Below are positions 11,272 to 23,340 of a DNA stretch of 64,000 nucleotides, piece after piece. The notes beneath the pieces are model-generated. The model did no database searches, was not told the origin of the DNA, and saw only the letters and a program-made list of their open reading frames with translations. The stretch is from NCBI GenBank assembly GCA_002811645.1, contig PDIP01000048.1, forward strand, positions 1 through 64,000, written 5' to 3'. The position numbers and the translations under genes are program-made. Each line of letters begins with the position of its first letter. Position 1 is the stretch's first letter. Source of the DNA: Corallochytrium limacisporum Hawaii (Eukaryota > Protista > Pluriformea).

Positions 11272-12462
11272 ATGTCGGTCCTCTTGAGAACCATGGCGGC
11301 CAGTACGGTCGGGAGGCGTACGATAAGCAGTCAAATTCGGCACTTCCCGGTCCGGTCAATGGCCACCCAACAAGGCGTTAAGACCGCCGTGATTCTGATG
11401 AACCTGGGAGGCCCGGCCACGCAGGAAGAGGTCCATGACTTCCTCCTGCGCCTTTTCAGCGATAAGGATCTGATTCCCTTGCCGGCCCAAGAGTACCTGT
11501 CCAAATATATTGCTTGGCGCCGTACCCCTATGATTCAGAAACAATATGCAGAGATCGGCGGAGGGTCCCCGATCAAATACTGGACTGAGCTCCAAGGTAA
11601 GGGCATGTGCGAAGTCCTAGACAAGATCAGCCCCGCGACGGCACCGCACAAACCGTACATTGCCTTCCGGTATGCCAAGCCACTGACTGAGGACTGCCTG
11701 GATGAGCTGGCCAAGGATAAGCCTGAGCGCGTAGTCGCATTCACACAGTATCCGCAATATTCCTGCTCGACGACCGGATCCAGTCTGAACGAAATGTGGC
11801 GCCGTTTGAGGGAGCGGCCGGAACTGTCCCAGGGTATGAACTGGAGTGTCCTGGACCGCTGGCCCACACAGGAAGGTTTCGTTAGGGCCAACGTTGAGAA
11901 TATCAAGAAGGCCCTTGAGCAGTTCCCAGAAGGAGGGGAACGAGATAGTGCGGTTATCCTGTTCACGGCTCACTCTCTGCCCATGTCCGTGGTGAATCGC
12001 GGTGACCCGTACCCGCAGGAGGTAGCTGCTTCCGTGCAACGTGTCATGGAAGGTTTGAACTTCAGCAATCCCTACCGTCTGGTCTGGCAGTCTAAGGTTG
12101 GTCCCCAGGAGTGGCTTGGAGCCCAGACAGAGGATGCTCTGGAGGGTCTGCATCGCAACGGCCGCAACAATGTAGTACTAGTACCCATCGCATTCACCAG
12201 CGATCACATCGAGACGCTCTTTGAACTTGATCTCGAGTACATCCAGGATGGTAGGGAGAAGGGCATGAACATTGTTCGCACTGAATCAATGAACGATAAC
12301 CCAGTGTTCATCAATGCCATGGCTGATATGGTTAAGGCGCACCTGGACCGGTCTGAGAAGTGCTCAAAGCAGATGCTCTTGCGCTGTCCTGGCTGCATCA
12401 ATGAGACCTGCGGTGATGCCAAGCAGTTTTTCCTGCAACAGTCCGCTTCTAGTGGTGCCTGA
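11272..12462 (+). CDS. FECH: Ferrochelatase, mitochondrial, [2Fe-2S] type
   Basis: Motifs 'LMNLGGP', 'YAEIGGGSPI', 'QYPQYSCSTTGSS', 'FTAHSLP' and 'FTSDHIETLFELD'. C-terminal 'RCPGCINETC' cluster ligands. Arg/Ser-rich presequence. First ATG is at 11272. Confidence 0.96.
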   Translation: MSVLLRTMAASTVGRRTISSQIRHFPVRSMATQQGVKTAVILMNLGGPATQEEVHDFLLRLFSDKDLIPLPAQEYLSKYIAWRRTPMIQKQYAEIGGGSPIKYWTELQGKGMCEVLDKISPATAPHKPYIAFRYAKPLTEDCLDELAKDKPERVVAFTQYPQYSCSTTGSSLNEMWRRLRERPELSQGMNWSVLDRWPTQEGFVRANVENIKKALEQFPEGGERDSAVILFTAHSLPMSVVNRGDPYPQEVAASVQRVMEGLNFSNPYRLVWQSKVGPQEWLGAQTEDALEGLHRNGRNNVVLVPIAFTSDHIETLFELDLEYIQDGREKGMNIVRTESMNDNPVFINAMADMVKAHLDRSEKCSKQMLLRCPGCINETCGDAKQFFLQQSASSGA

Positions 12463-12828
12463 ACGCCGTGTACATGCGAAAGCTGTGTATAATAAAAAAT
12501 GTCTCTGAGAATAGTTTCATCATATATGTGTTTTCATTCATTAGTTTTGGTTTGTGTTCTTGCTGTGCATGTGGTGCGGGTTCGTACAAGCATGGTACTA
12601 ACCAAGAGCCGGGTCCTCCTCTGTCTTCTCCAATGACCCAAAATTTATGGGTCGTGGGGTCACAGACAATCACATTTCATAAGGGCTACCACTCCTATTT
12701 CTCCCAGGATTGATAGCTATTCTCCTCTCATGGCTGTGTCCGTGTCCCGTTCGCAAAATGAAGGACCCATTTCTTCAACCCTTTCTTATCCCTTTTCCCC
12801 GAAGTAGTTAACGCGAGATGAGATCTGT

Positions 12829-14277
12829 TTAGGCCTTGTTGAATTCATCGTGGTGGGCAGCGACAATGTAGGCGACAGCCTTGGTCACGTTCTTAGACTG
12901 AGGAATATGCATGAACTCATTGGGACCGTGAGCATTGGAGTTGGGTCCAAGCACACCGGTAATGACGAACTGGGCCTGAGGGAACTTCTCGCTCAGCATG
13001 CCCATGAAGGGAATGGAACCACCCTCGCCCATGAAACCAGCGGGCTTGCCGAAGAAGGTGTTGGAGGCGCCATCAATGGCAGCAGACAACCAAGGGTTCT
13101 CCACGGGAGCGTGCCAGCCAGGAGCGGACTGGTCGAGCTCGAACACCACCTTGGCGCCGTAGGGGGGGTCCTTCTCCAGAACCTTCTTGATTGCCTCAGC
13201 AGCCTGATTGGGCTCGGTGCAAGGGGGCAGGCGGATGGACAGCTTCAGGCTGGTGTTGGTGCGCAACACGTTGCCAGCAGAGCCAAGGGGGGGAATGCCA
13301 TCGACACCGGTAACGGACAGAGTAGGCTTCCAGGCCTTGAAGGCAAGACGGGCAGCGTTGTCCTCACCCATAGGACCGGCGCCCTCAACGAAGGGGAACT
13401 GCTGCCAGATTTCGTCACCGAGGGCATCGGCGTGGCCCTGAATCTGCTTCACGCGGACCTCGGGGATCTCGCAGAAGAGCTCAGGAACCTTCATGACACC
13501 AGTGTTCTCGTCCTCAATGCGAGACAGGAGCTGGCGGATGATCCGGAACGAAGAGGGAACCACACCGGAAGAGGAACCTGAGTGCACACCCTCGGTCAGA
13601 ATGTCGACCTTCAGAGTACCGATTGCAACACCGCGCAGAGAAGTAGTCAGCCAGAACTGTTCGTAGTTACCGCAGCCAGAGTCCAGGCAGATAATGAGAG
13701 TGGGGCTTCCGATCTTGTCGACGAGCTTACCGATGAAGTATGGCAGGTCAGCGCTGCCAGACTCCTCGCAGGCCTCGATCAGGATGACAATGCGGGCGTG
13801 GGGAGTGCCAGCCTCCTGCAGAGCCTTGATGGCGGAGATGGCAGAGAAGATGGCGTAACCATCATCGGCACCACCGCGACCGTAGAGCTTGTCACCAATG
13901 ATCTTGGGGTTCCAAGGGCTACCGAATTCGGGGTTCCAGGTATCGGCCATGGGGGGCTGCTTGTCCATGTGGCCATACATCAGGATGGTGTCCTTGCAGT
14001 TGGAGTCGGTGGGATCGACGGTGATGAGGAGCAAGGGAGTGCGGCCAGGCTCCTTGAAGAGCTCGAAGACGGCGCCCTTGACCTGCTGGTTCTCAGCCCA
14101 GACCTTGAGCAGGTCCATGGCCTTGTCCATGAAGCCGTTGGTCTCCCATTCCTTGTCGAACAAGGGTGACTGGTTGGGGATGCGGATGTACTCGCAGATG
14201 GTGTCGATGACGCTCTCGTCCCACTTGGCCTCGACGAACTTGTCAACGACCTCCTTGTTGAATGCAGTGGGGGCCAT
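12829..14277 (-). CDS. M20-family metallopeptidase (DapE/CNDP-like dipeptidase or deacylase)
   Basis: 'YGHMDKQP', 'LYGRGGADDG', 'EACEESGS', 'GEGGSIPF' and 'NAHGPNE'. Strong codon bias. Confidence 0.92.
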   Translation of the reverse strand: MAPTAFNKEVVDKFVEAKWDESVIDTICEYIRIPNQSPLFDKEWETNGFMDKAMDLLKVWAENQQVKGAVFELFKEPGRTPLLLITVDPTDSNCKDTILMYGHMDKQPPMADTWNPEFGSPWNPKIIGDKLYGRGGADDGYAIFSAISAIKALQEAGTPHARIVILIEACEESGSADLPYFIGKLVDKIGSPTLIICLDSGCGNYEQFWLTTSLRGVAIGTLKVDILTEGVHSGSSSGVVPSSFRIIRQLLSRIEDENTGVMKVPELFCEIPEVRVKQIQGHADALGDEIWQQFPFVEGAGPMGEDNAARLAFKAWKPTLSVTGVDGIPPLGSAGNVLRTNTSLKLSIRLPPCTEPNQAAEAIKKVLEKDPPYGAKVVFELDQSAPGWHAPVENPWLSAAIDGASNTFFGKPAGFMGEGGSIPFMGMLSEKFPQAQFVITGVLGPNSNAHGPNEFMHIPQSKNVTKAVAYIVAAHHDEFNKA

Positions 14278-17200
14278 GGTTGCTTGTTTGGTTTGTTTGT
14301 TGCACTTTGGTTAAACAAGAAAACAAAACTGTGTGTGTTGAATTGATCTCTCCGACACCAACCGCCTTGCTGGACAAGCTTATGGGTCTCCTTAAGTACC
14401 CGCACAGGATTGGATTCGGTGCACTGCGGCCATTTTGCTACAATCAACAACCAGCCGCCAAACAAACAAGAGACAGCACCAGCCCACAAGATCTCCCATG
14501 CACACAATACCCACACACAGCAATACGCGGAGAGATCAAGACAGAGAGTTTCAAGAAAAAGTAATACACAACAAAGAGGAAGGATCCACCCTGTCTGTTG
14601 AGTCTGCTGAGATTCATACAAAGCAAGCGCAGACACGTACAAGTGCCAGTAGGTACGAGCTATGGGACTTGTCAGTACGCAAAATCAGCAGGTGAGAAAC
14701 ACGCAATCTTGCAGCAAGCAAGCAAGGGTCAGTGTCTGACAGGGCGGAGCACGAAAACGGAGGGAGGCCCCCCCGGGGGGGGGGGAGATCGGCAGACACC
14801 GGACGAAACAACGGACCCCCTCACAACTTTTTACACACTTCCCTCCCTGCCTGCGTGACCCTTGCCTCTACCCAAGAACCCACCCATCCACTCCCAACCC
14901 AGCCCCCGGGGGGGGGGGGCCACCAGCGAAAATGAAAGCGAAAGAGCCGAGACCCTGTCTCTCTCTCTCTCTCTCTCTCTTTTCAAGGAAAAGATTTTCT
15001 TTATGGTTGGCCCGTTCAATAAAATAGCAAGGAACATGATCCCAAGGCTGGCTATTTTCTTTATATATTTTGTCCCTTGGTTATTTTTTTTCATTTTCAT
15101 ATTTAATTGGATAGTTAGCACCAGTACAAAGACGGGCCTTCGGTGCTTCTCCGAAGGTCCGCCGCCAAAGCCGGACACTACTCCTCCCTCCGCTCCGGTT
15201 CATGCACTCCTTGCACTCCTTTGTTATTGAATTTTCAACTTTTATTTTCTTGTCTTTTTTTGTTTGGCCTTTGTTGTGGTCGTTCTAGGACACGGTGGGT
15301 GATTATTTACTTTTAGCTTCTCTCCGTTCCCTTTCGTCAACAAAAATACACCGTAGTTCTTTCATACTTTTGTTTTCCCTCTTTTTTTTTCACTTAGTTT
15401 CGTTTTATTTGGGATCATTGGACAATTATGTCTTACGGCCTGGTAATTTGTTTGATCTCCCACGCCGCACCGCCCGCCCCCCCCTCTTCCTCCCCCTTTT
15501 TCCCTGGGAGTGTGAATTGGTTATTTTTCTTATACCCAGGGGACTAGAGAGGGTCTTATACTGAGAACGGGGGGGTGTGTGTGTGTGTGTGTCTGCGGAC
15601 GGACGGTGAGAGAATGTCGGACACTCTCACTCTTTAGCTCTTCTTGCCCCATGTGAACCCGATGTGTGGCTCCTGTGGTGGTAAATGACATCAACCTGTA
15701 TTTTCTCTACGTGCCCGGTTTTGCACTTGGGGGAGCAGGGAGGGGGTAGGGCGCTGTGGTGGTGGTGGTGATTCTTCCCCTATTTAGAGTAGGCAGGAGT
15801 GACCAGTGCCAGTGCACACGGGTAGAATGTACATCTCCATACTTATTTGGACGAGAACCGATAAGGATGAGAAACCCCCCGTAGCGGGCTTGTGGGTGTA
15901 TCACTATCAAGCCCCAAATTTGCTTTTACAGGGTGTGTCAAAGTTTGCGTGTGCGTGCGTATCCTGCGCGTTTCAAAATGGTTCCCTCGTTCGTGCGCCG
16001 TGTGTGTGAGTGTGTGTGTGTGTGTCTCATGGATGGCGAACACCAGGAAATGCCGCAGTGTTTGCTGGGATGCTGGTGAGACATCTAAGCGCTGGGGTAC
16101 AAATCATTCTGTCTAGGACCACTGTACGCGTTCCCAAACATCAGTATTGCCAAAGACGATGACGATGACAAACATCCAGCCGTGACATCCGTACCAGGGA
16201 TACAGTACAGCAAAGATCTTGTCCAAGCCCCTAGTCTTTTGTGGCAAACCTGGATGGTTACATTTCCAGTCGATTCGCATGCACTGCTCGAACGACAGAC
16301 AGATGAATGATGGGATCCGTACCCATCCCCCGAAACAGCTCCCGTATTGGAACTGCGCGGGAACCCAACATCTCCCCACTATCATCATACGATCTCGATG
16401 GTACCCGTTCATCGATTGCAACCAGGGTAAAACAGCCGAACACCGCAGGCTAGAGAGGAGAGATGAAGTGAACATGAACATTGTCCTTTCCCATGTGCCA
16501 TGCCCCGCTATGCAAAACTTAAGAACTTGAATTTCGCTCCGGCGAAGTGGCGATGGGTTATGCAAGACTGGACAGGGTGGGACACCGATGGCGATTCACT
16601 TTATATAGTAGATACGCTGGTGAAAATTCGGATTGTCTGTGCACAGTCCCGGACTCTAAGCGGGAAGTGGCACAAAGTGCGGTGGACAAGAAAAAAAATC
16701 TCATGGTTGCAGTATATTCACTACGCATTTTGTTTGCTCTGGATCATCTCGATGTCGTGATTGGGATGTCCAAACAAGAGAAAAAGCCTTAGATCTTCGA
16801 ACATAGACCCCGAAAGCTTTCAATTCCAGTACATTTATAAATTGTAATTGTTTATTTTCAGGAGTCTATTTAATTTGACCAGTACTGTCAGAAATGGTGC
16901 AGTGGCCCTGATTCCCCTTTCTCCAGGGACCCCTTCCTGGCGCTTGGCCTCGGTATATTCACTACCGCCCCGCGATAGTGTTTCCCACGGGAGAATCTTC
17001 TCCGCTGATCCCTCGGTACTGTCACTATGGCGGGTCGTGCTAGGACTTTTTGAGTAGCAGAGGACGGCGTAACAAATGGCCGCCATCATCGTCATCAGAC
17101 GGTCCTTTGTTCTCCCTCCGTCATGGGTCTATGTTGCATATTGATACCATGTTTATGTCCCATTTTGTTCATATCCATCTTGGATCTGTGGCTAATAGAA

Positions 17201-18960
17201 CCTATCTATCTGCTGGGAAGAACACCTTTGGTGCAGTCGGTGACTTGTGTGTGCTGATGATTGGGTGGTGTTGACATTTGATCTCACTGGCCGCGGGGTT
17301 TCAAACTACCGACAAGCTTCAACATAAAGTCGTATGCTGCCTAGGGGTTTACTGTCAAACCTGTCACGATACTTACTAAGGAGGACATGCTTTAGCATCC
17401 ATAAACAGGAGACTTCCATGTCGGATTTCTCGAGTTTGGTGATTGAGGTCGTGTGGTCACAGGAGTCGTAGACGGTTCCGTTGCATCGCGAGAAGAAGAG
17501 AGCGGACACGATGTTTTCGAAGGCCGGGTCCCCTTAGACGCGAGTTTACCGGCACCAGCCAGCCAGCCAGCCACCTACTCAAATTTTCGCGTGGTACTGT
17601 GTGGGCGAATCAGACAATAATAATTGACCCCCAATTTGGCAGACACTACATGTAGGTATATCAAATACGGACGACAATCGGGCTCGAACGCAGAGATATA
17701 TTGGATAGGTCCTTGGAAAAGTTATCGTCTGGTTGAAATAGCTAGGTGGATGGGTATTGCAAAATAGATGGTAGCATCTATATACATAACACATGACATT
17801 GCACCACATAATCTTTCCTATTAACCGTACTCCAAAATAAAAATATTCGGAAAATTCTGTATATTATGTACATTTTTGTCTGTCTAAATATTGGCCTAAA
17901 TTTCATACTAAACGCGCCCGCTTCGTATTTCAAGACCTATCCTTCCTAGATTCCGACTCTCACGGCTCACCTCCACCGTGCCGCAGCTGCCCCGCCGACC
18001 GGGGCACAACCGTGCTCCCTTCCGCGAAATGGCGCCAGAAACGCTCGGGTTGAGGATGTGTTCTCCCCGGAAAGGTTGGTACATTTTCTATAGTCAAGCA
18101 CGCCCAGCTCTGGCACCAGGCAGGGTGCACCGAGAGCGGTGCCGCTGTATTCGGAAATCGTTCACCTGACACACTCCCAATATTAGACACAAATGGTGTC
18201 CAGAAGTAGTCATTAGTCTCATATATATCTTATAATTAAACGGAAATGATAGGAGAGGAAGACGTATCTGCAGGGTTTTGGACCGAATGTGCAGTCTGCT
18301 TGGTCGGTGTCCAGGCACTGTGTGCGTCCGCGTTGTTCCTCTGTGAATGTACCACTTTTCCTCCGTTGGTGTTGAACAGAGACGATCTCCTCCGTCCCTC
18401 CTGCCATACTGAAAGTATTCGAAAACGACATCGGGGTCACAACGGGGAGAATATTCTCAGGGGGACAAGTGTGGTCCTTCCCTCTCCCGTCGCCCACGGC
18501 ACAAGTGGGAGAGGGGGGGGGGTTTTACAGGGAAAAAAAAGGGGGGGTGCCTCCAGAGAAATCGCCCACTTTTATCTTCCGGAAAATTCAAATTCTTCAT
18601 CAAATTGAATTTGAAGGTATTTAGAATTAATCTATGGCCATGATCAATTGATGAATCGATTTATAAAATTTTACTCTATCAAATGATATGCAACAAGGGT
18701 ATATTATACGGCTCAAAAAATTTCTGCGTGTCTTTGATCACTTTTGAATAATTTTAGCACCTATCTCGCCAAATCTCGAGGTGGCTGTAACCCTTGATCA
18801 TCGGGCCCGATATTCAATCAACCATTTTACATTCATTCATCGTATCACAATCAGTTGACAGTGAAAGTCATGGAGAATTTGGACTGATTTTAGATACTTT
18901 GTGCGAAGGTTTAGATTTCCCTATAGTTTACTATTGACAGGGCACCAGATCCGCGCCACC

Positions 18961-20748
18961 ATGGGTTCAGACATTGTTGTGCTCCATGGAGAGGAGAAGA
19001 AGCCACCACGTCTTCCTCCCTTGCTCCATGAAGGTCCAGACCATGGAGATCATGGTAAGTATTTCGGCTTCATGCACAGGTTGCCAACGTTTAATTTGAT
19101 CCGGATCAATTCTGCTAACACCGTAATTCATTCTCTATTTTCTTACTATGATACAGACCAACCAAAGATCCAAGAAGGAACGCAATTCCAAGCAGATATT
19201 CCTGACACGATAGAAGAAACACGGACAATGTACGGGGCACCCCTGTCCGACCGGGCGATGCCATATTTCCAAGGCGATAGTTTGGTCCGACGCGCAAACC
19301 TTGTGGACTTTGAAGTCTACTTGTCCAAGGCCCAGAGCCGTAACCATTGTATGAGTCTTGAGCAGTGCCTTGCACTTTTGCATGCCAACGATTATGTGGT
19401 GCAGGGCAGTATGCTCGACCTTAATTTCTACAGTCCAATTGTGACGGAATGGACGGAGGCAGAGATGCGTCAATTCGACGAATCTATGAGCCGTTTTGGC
19501 AAGGACTTTAAACGCTATCGACGTCTGTTGCCTAACAAAAACATGCGCCATCTTGTGTGTTTCTACTATAAGTGGAAAAAGACGCGGCGGCGTGACATGC
19601 ACATTGACCAGCTCCTCAACGTCCCGAAAAAGAAAGTCACTCTTGAAGGAGCGGCAACCACAACTCGCCGGAAGGCCACCAAAAAACCACGGAGCACGTC
19701 AGGGTCTAACAAAGGAAGAGGTGGGCCACGCGGCCCATGTCTCAACTGCGGTGTGCGCACATCGCCCATGTGGCGGAAAGGACCGGACAATCATGATTGT
19801 TGTAATGCATGCGCCTTGTACTGGAAGAAGTACGGCTACTTTAAGCCTGGTACTCAGCGACCTCCGCAGCCGCTCGAGGATATTCCGGAGCAGGCGGTAC
19901 TGACTATCACACCCCAACATAGTGCAGGTGTCGGAGAGACAACGGGATCCACTGCGCCTGTGACAGGCGCGGATAAGAAGGATCTAGCAAAGGAGAAGGA
20001 AAGGGAACAGAAGGAGAAGGAAAAAGAAAGAAAGAGACTTGAGGAGGAGGAGCGGAAGCGCAAGGAAGAGGAAGAAGTAACAGTGGACTCGCTGGTTAGT
20101 ACGTTAATCACCGCTGCCCAAGAGAGCATTGATGCGAAGCTGTTAAGTAAAATGCTAAAGTCCGATCTGGAGTCAGCCCAGCCGTCGAAGTCTTCGCCAC
20201 GCAATAATCTGCTGCCCAGACTAGACAACGTCAAACAGGAGGTGATCCACCTCTGCAACGAAATGGAAGGACTAGAGGGTCCAACGGGAGCCGGAGAACG
20301 CTCGAAAGCTGCGAGGTGGCAAGATGTGAAGGCGAAACTGCGGATCATTTGCCAGACAGTCCTAGCGGATCTCTTTGACAGTGTTGTCGTTGACGGCAAT
20401 GACGAAGAGAGTGACGCTATGGATCTAGGCGTCCGCGTAACCCGCAATGGGACACGTCTCATGGAATCATCGGCCGTGACAGAGGACAATCCCTTGGACC
20501 TGGAAAAGAAGCCTGCAGACAACGATCGAATGGCCACAGATGCAACTGCACCTGAGGTACCGGCTGTTAAGGTTGAAGTAACCTCCCCTACGCTTCCTCA
20601 GACTGCACCTGAAGCCATCGGAATGACCACCGCTATGTCCGAGAACCCTGTGGACGCTGTGGCAGCGGTTGCGGCTAGTGCTGTGGCCCAAGATGCAAAA
20701 CCCCCGATTCCGCCGGTTATTATCAAAGACCCCATGGATGCTCAGTAA
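18961..20748 (+). CDS. ELM2-SANT-GATA zinc-finger transcriptional corepressor (CoREST/MTA/RERE-like), probably with one intron at 19055-19156
   Basis: ELM2 'IQEGTQFQADIP', SANT 'EWTEAEMRQF...FGKDF...LPNK...LVCFYYKWKK', GATA finger C-x2-C-x17-C-x2-C. ATG in gccaccATGg context at 18961. Confidence 0.88.
   Translation: MGSDIVVLHGEEKKPPRLPPLLHEGPDHGDHGKYFGFMHRLPTFNLIRINSANTVIHSLFSYYDTDQPKIQEGTQFQADIPDTIEETRTMYGAPLSDRAMPYFQGDSLVRRANLVDFEVYLSKAQSRNHCMSLEQCLALLHANDYVVQGSMLDLNFYSPIVTEWTEAEMRQFDESMSRFGKDFKRYRRLLPNKNMRHLVCFYYKWKKTRRRDMHIDQLLNVPKKKVTLEGAATTTRRKATKKPRSTSGSNKGRGGPRGPCLNCGVRTSPMWRKGPDNHDCCNACALYWKKYGYFKPGTQRPPQPLEDIPEQAVLTITPQHSAGVGETTGSTAPVTGADKKDLAKEKEREQKEKEKERKRLEEEERKRKEEEEVTVDSLVSTLITAAQESIDAKLLSKMLKSDLESAQPSKSSPRNNLLPRLDNVKQEVIHLCNEMEGLEGPTGAGERSKAARWQDVKAKLRIICQTVLADLFDSVVVDGNDEESDAMDLGVRVTRNGTRLMESSAVTEDNPLDLEKKPADNDRMATDATAPEVPAVKVEVTSPTLPQTAPEAIGMTTAMSENPVDAVAAVAASAVAQDAKPPIPPVIIKDPMDAQ
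19055..19156 (+). other. Candidate spliceosomal intron (102 nt)
   Basis: Donor GTAAGT at 19055, branch-like TGCTAAC at 19113-19119, pyrimidine tract, and CAG ending at 19156. AT-rich relative to the flanking coding sequence. Confidence 0.7.
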
Positions 20749-21311
20749 GTATGAAACTTTCAAGTGTTCGATTGTCTGTTCTCACTTTGCTATTCCTCGG
20801 ATCTGCCGTGAAGCCACAACTGTCCATCAGCAGTCAAGATTACGTGTTGCTTCCGTCAATCTTTTCATCATATTCCAAACACTGTACATCATATTAATAC
20901 ATTTTCTTATACATCATCGCTCTAGGTGTGTGCTCGCAATATCATAATCGACTGGCGGTGTACAAGGCAAAATCTGGCCCCCGTCACCGAGGGGAGGAAC
21001 GGAGTTCTAGGATTTTTGGCGCGAAATTGTCAGCCCCTGGGGAGGCACCTAAGAACCGCCTCCACGGAGACCAAAACTTGTTGGATTTTGTGATACAATG
21101 CTATGCATGCTAAGCCTGCCCTCTTCATGATATTTCAAACTACAGATCATTAAAACAAACTTTAGCGTGAACAGCGATGTATATTACATGAGCATAAAAG
21201 AATAACGGAATCAAGCAAGTTGAAGGACTGTGACTAAGGAGTAGGAAAGAAGCATGAGCTCAGTGTAGAACCGAATTACATAGCAAGGTTGCAAACGTAT
21301 GGAACATAGCA

Positions 21312-23222
21312 ATGGCATACGAGGTGAAACAGATCAGATGGCATTCCATGGATCCTCTGTACGCCGTGGACGTCTGTCCAAAGACTCAGCGGGTCGCCAC
21401 TGGGGGTGCGGACCGCAAAGTAAAGATCTGGCGCATTGAACGTGCTCCTGTGGATGAGGCCCAGACGCTGAGCTCGGCAAGGAGATCTGAAGAAGGAGAG
21501 GCAGAATCCAGCACCAAAAAACGTAAACTTGAGGCACTAAAGGAAGTGGAGCGTCAGTCATCGTTCAAAGTTACCTTTCTCGCAAATCTAGAGCAGCACT
21601 CTGGAACCGTGAACGTCGTCCGCTTTAGCCCAAATGGCAAGCTTTTGGCCTCTGCCGCAGACGATCATTTCATCCTCATCTGGGAACTGGTCGATGACAC
21701 CATGGGAAAGAAAGCAACATTTGGAGACAATGGTGAGGAGGAAAAAGGAATAGAGACCTGGAAAAGCATTGGACTGTTGCGAGGGCACACTGGAGATATT
21801 TACGATCTTGCCTGGAGCCAGGACGGCAACTATCTCCTCAGTGGCAGTGTTGACAATAGTGCCATCGTCTGGGATGTCAAGAACCGGAGCATTGTGCACC
21901 ATTTGCGCGAGCACCGACACTTCGTGCAGGGCTGTACCTTTGACCCTCTTGGACGTTACTTTGCGACCATGAGCTGTGATCGCTCCGTGCGCGTTTATCG
22001 CTGTTCTGCCAAACGGGAAAAGCAACGCAAGTACAGCTATCCGTTGGCTGCTGTCGTTAGCCACCAGCGCGTCAAAGACACAAGAGAAGAAGAAGATACC
22101 GTAGAAGGGCAGCCACCGCAGCCCCAACAACCACCGGTGCGCCAGCGGCTCTTTCACGACGAGACACTGCTGTCCTTCTTCAGGCGTCTGACCTTCAGCC
22201 CGGATGCGAGCATGCTCGTGACCCCCGCGGGTCTGCACGAAGCTTCCGAAAACGCTGTGCTACTGTTCAGCAGTGAGGACCTGAACAGCCCGGTGGTCAG
22301 CTTGCGAGGCTTCACGAGCCCTGCAGTTGCTGTTCGCTTCCACCCGGATCTATTCAAATTGAATAACGCTCCGGACGAGGATACTAAGGTAGAAGTTAGT
22401 GAGGAGACAGCGTCAAAGGGAGAAACGGAGACAAGCGAGACGGAAGAAAAACCGACTGAGGTCAACAGGGACGCAAAGATCGAAGAAACCGGGAAGGAAT
22501 CGACCACAACGGAAGAAGGGAACGTAACTATTAACGCAGAAATTGGCAAGGAGAGAACTCTAGATGAACAGGTCGATGATATCCTCCGCAACGGGCCAAA
22601 GCCCTTCAAAACCAGTAAGGATACCCCGGCCAAGAGATCCAAGCCAGCCGTTGATGTCGCCAAGATCCGCCACAGTAATCATTCCACGGACCTGCCTCTG
22701 GATCACCCCTATGCCATGGTATTCGCTGTGGTTACGCTAAACGCAGTTCATGTCTATCGTACGGACCGTGCCAAGCCTATCTTTGTGGCACAGAATCTAC
22801 ACTATGCGTCCTTGACTGATGTCGCCTTCATGGCCGATTCTGACATGATGGTCGTGACCTCAAAGGACGGATTTTGTTCTCTTGTGCATTTTGACGGCAT
22901 ACAGTCTCTGGGAGAGAAACTGCCGCTCGACCAGTACCCATCTGGCATGAAACACTTGCGAGAGGTGGCCGAAGGGGCGTGTGCGTGGCATCTGTCCCCT
23001 GAAGAGTTAGTAACTGCGGCTGCCGCTCCAGAATCTGCAGGAGACAAAGAAAACTATCCCGTCGTGGCGAACACTCTGGAGGTCAAGCGTGTTGCGAAGA
23101 AGGAGACGCCGACTCCTGTGTCACCGGCGACTAAAGGAGTCACCCCTGCGGCTGCGGCCGCGGTCACCCCGACATCAACCAAAACCGCAAGTGCCCTTAC
23201 GCCCATGGATATTGCACAATGA
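21312..23222 (+). CDS. CHAF1B: Chromatin assembly factor 1 subunit B (p60/Cac2), WD40 protein
   Basis: 'QIRWH', 'ATGGADRKVKIW', 'VNVVRFSPNG', 'LRGH...DIYDLAWS', 'HFVQG', 'LFHDETLLSFFRRLTFSPD' and 'NLHYASLTDVAF'. Confidence 0.93.
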   Translation: MAYEVKQIRWHSMDPLYAVDVCPKTQRVATGGADRKVKIWRIERAPVDEAQTLSSARRSEEGEAESSTKKRKLEALKEVERQSSFKVTFLANLEQHSGTVNVVRFSPNGKLLASAADDHFILIWELVDDTMGKKATFGDNGEEEKGIETWKSIGLLRGHTGDIYDLAWSQDGNYLLSGSVDNSAIVWDVKNRSIVHHLREHRHFVQGCTFDPLGRYFATMSCDRSVRVYRCSAKREKQRKYSYPLAAVVSHQRVKDTREEEDTVEGQPPQPQQPPVRQRLFHDETLLSFFRRLTFSPDASMLVTPAGLHEASENAVLLFSSEDLNSPVVSLRGFTSPAVAVRFHPDLFKLNNAPDEDTKVEVSEETASKGETETSETEEKPTEVNRDAKIEETGKESTTTEEGNVTINAEIGKERTLDEQVDDILRNGPKPFKTSKDTPAKRSKPAVDVAKIRHSNHSTDLPLDHPYAMVFAVVTLNAVHVYRTDRAKPIFVAQNLHYASLTDVAFMADSDMMVVTSKDGFCSLVHFDGIQSLGEKLPLDQYPSGMKHLREVAEGACAWHLSPEELVTAAAAPESAGDKENYPVVANTLEVKRVAKKETPTPVSPATKGVTPAAAAAVTPTSTKTASALTPMDIAQ

Positions 23223-23340
23223 GTTTGTAACATTTGTCTTCCTCTACTAAATTAAGGATTACCTAACACCGACGATGACTTCTTACTAGTGATATGAGAT
23301 GGACAGACTGCAATAAGTTTAATGATATCAACGATCTCCT

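Noticed and set aside
12850-14314. Long + strand ORFs antisense to the M20 peptidase (and similar shadows over H2A, GARS and PGPEP1)
   Set aside because: Shadow ORFs produced by strong codon bias on the coding strand.
17940-18180. GC-rich island with hairpins as RNase P/MRP RNA
   Set aside because: No CR-I/CR-V (P4) motifs on either strand.
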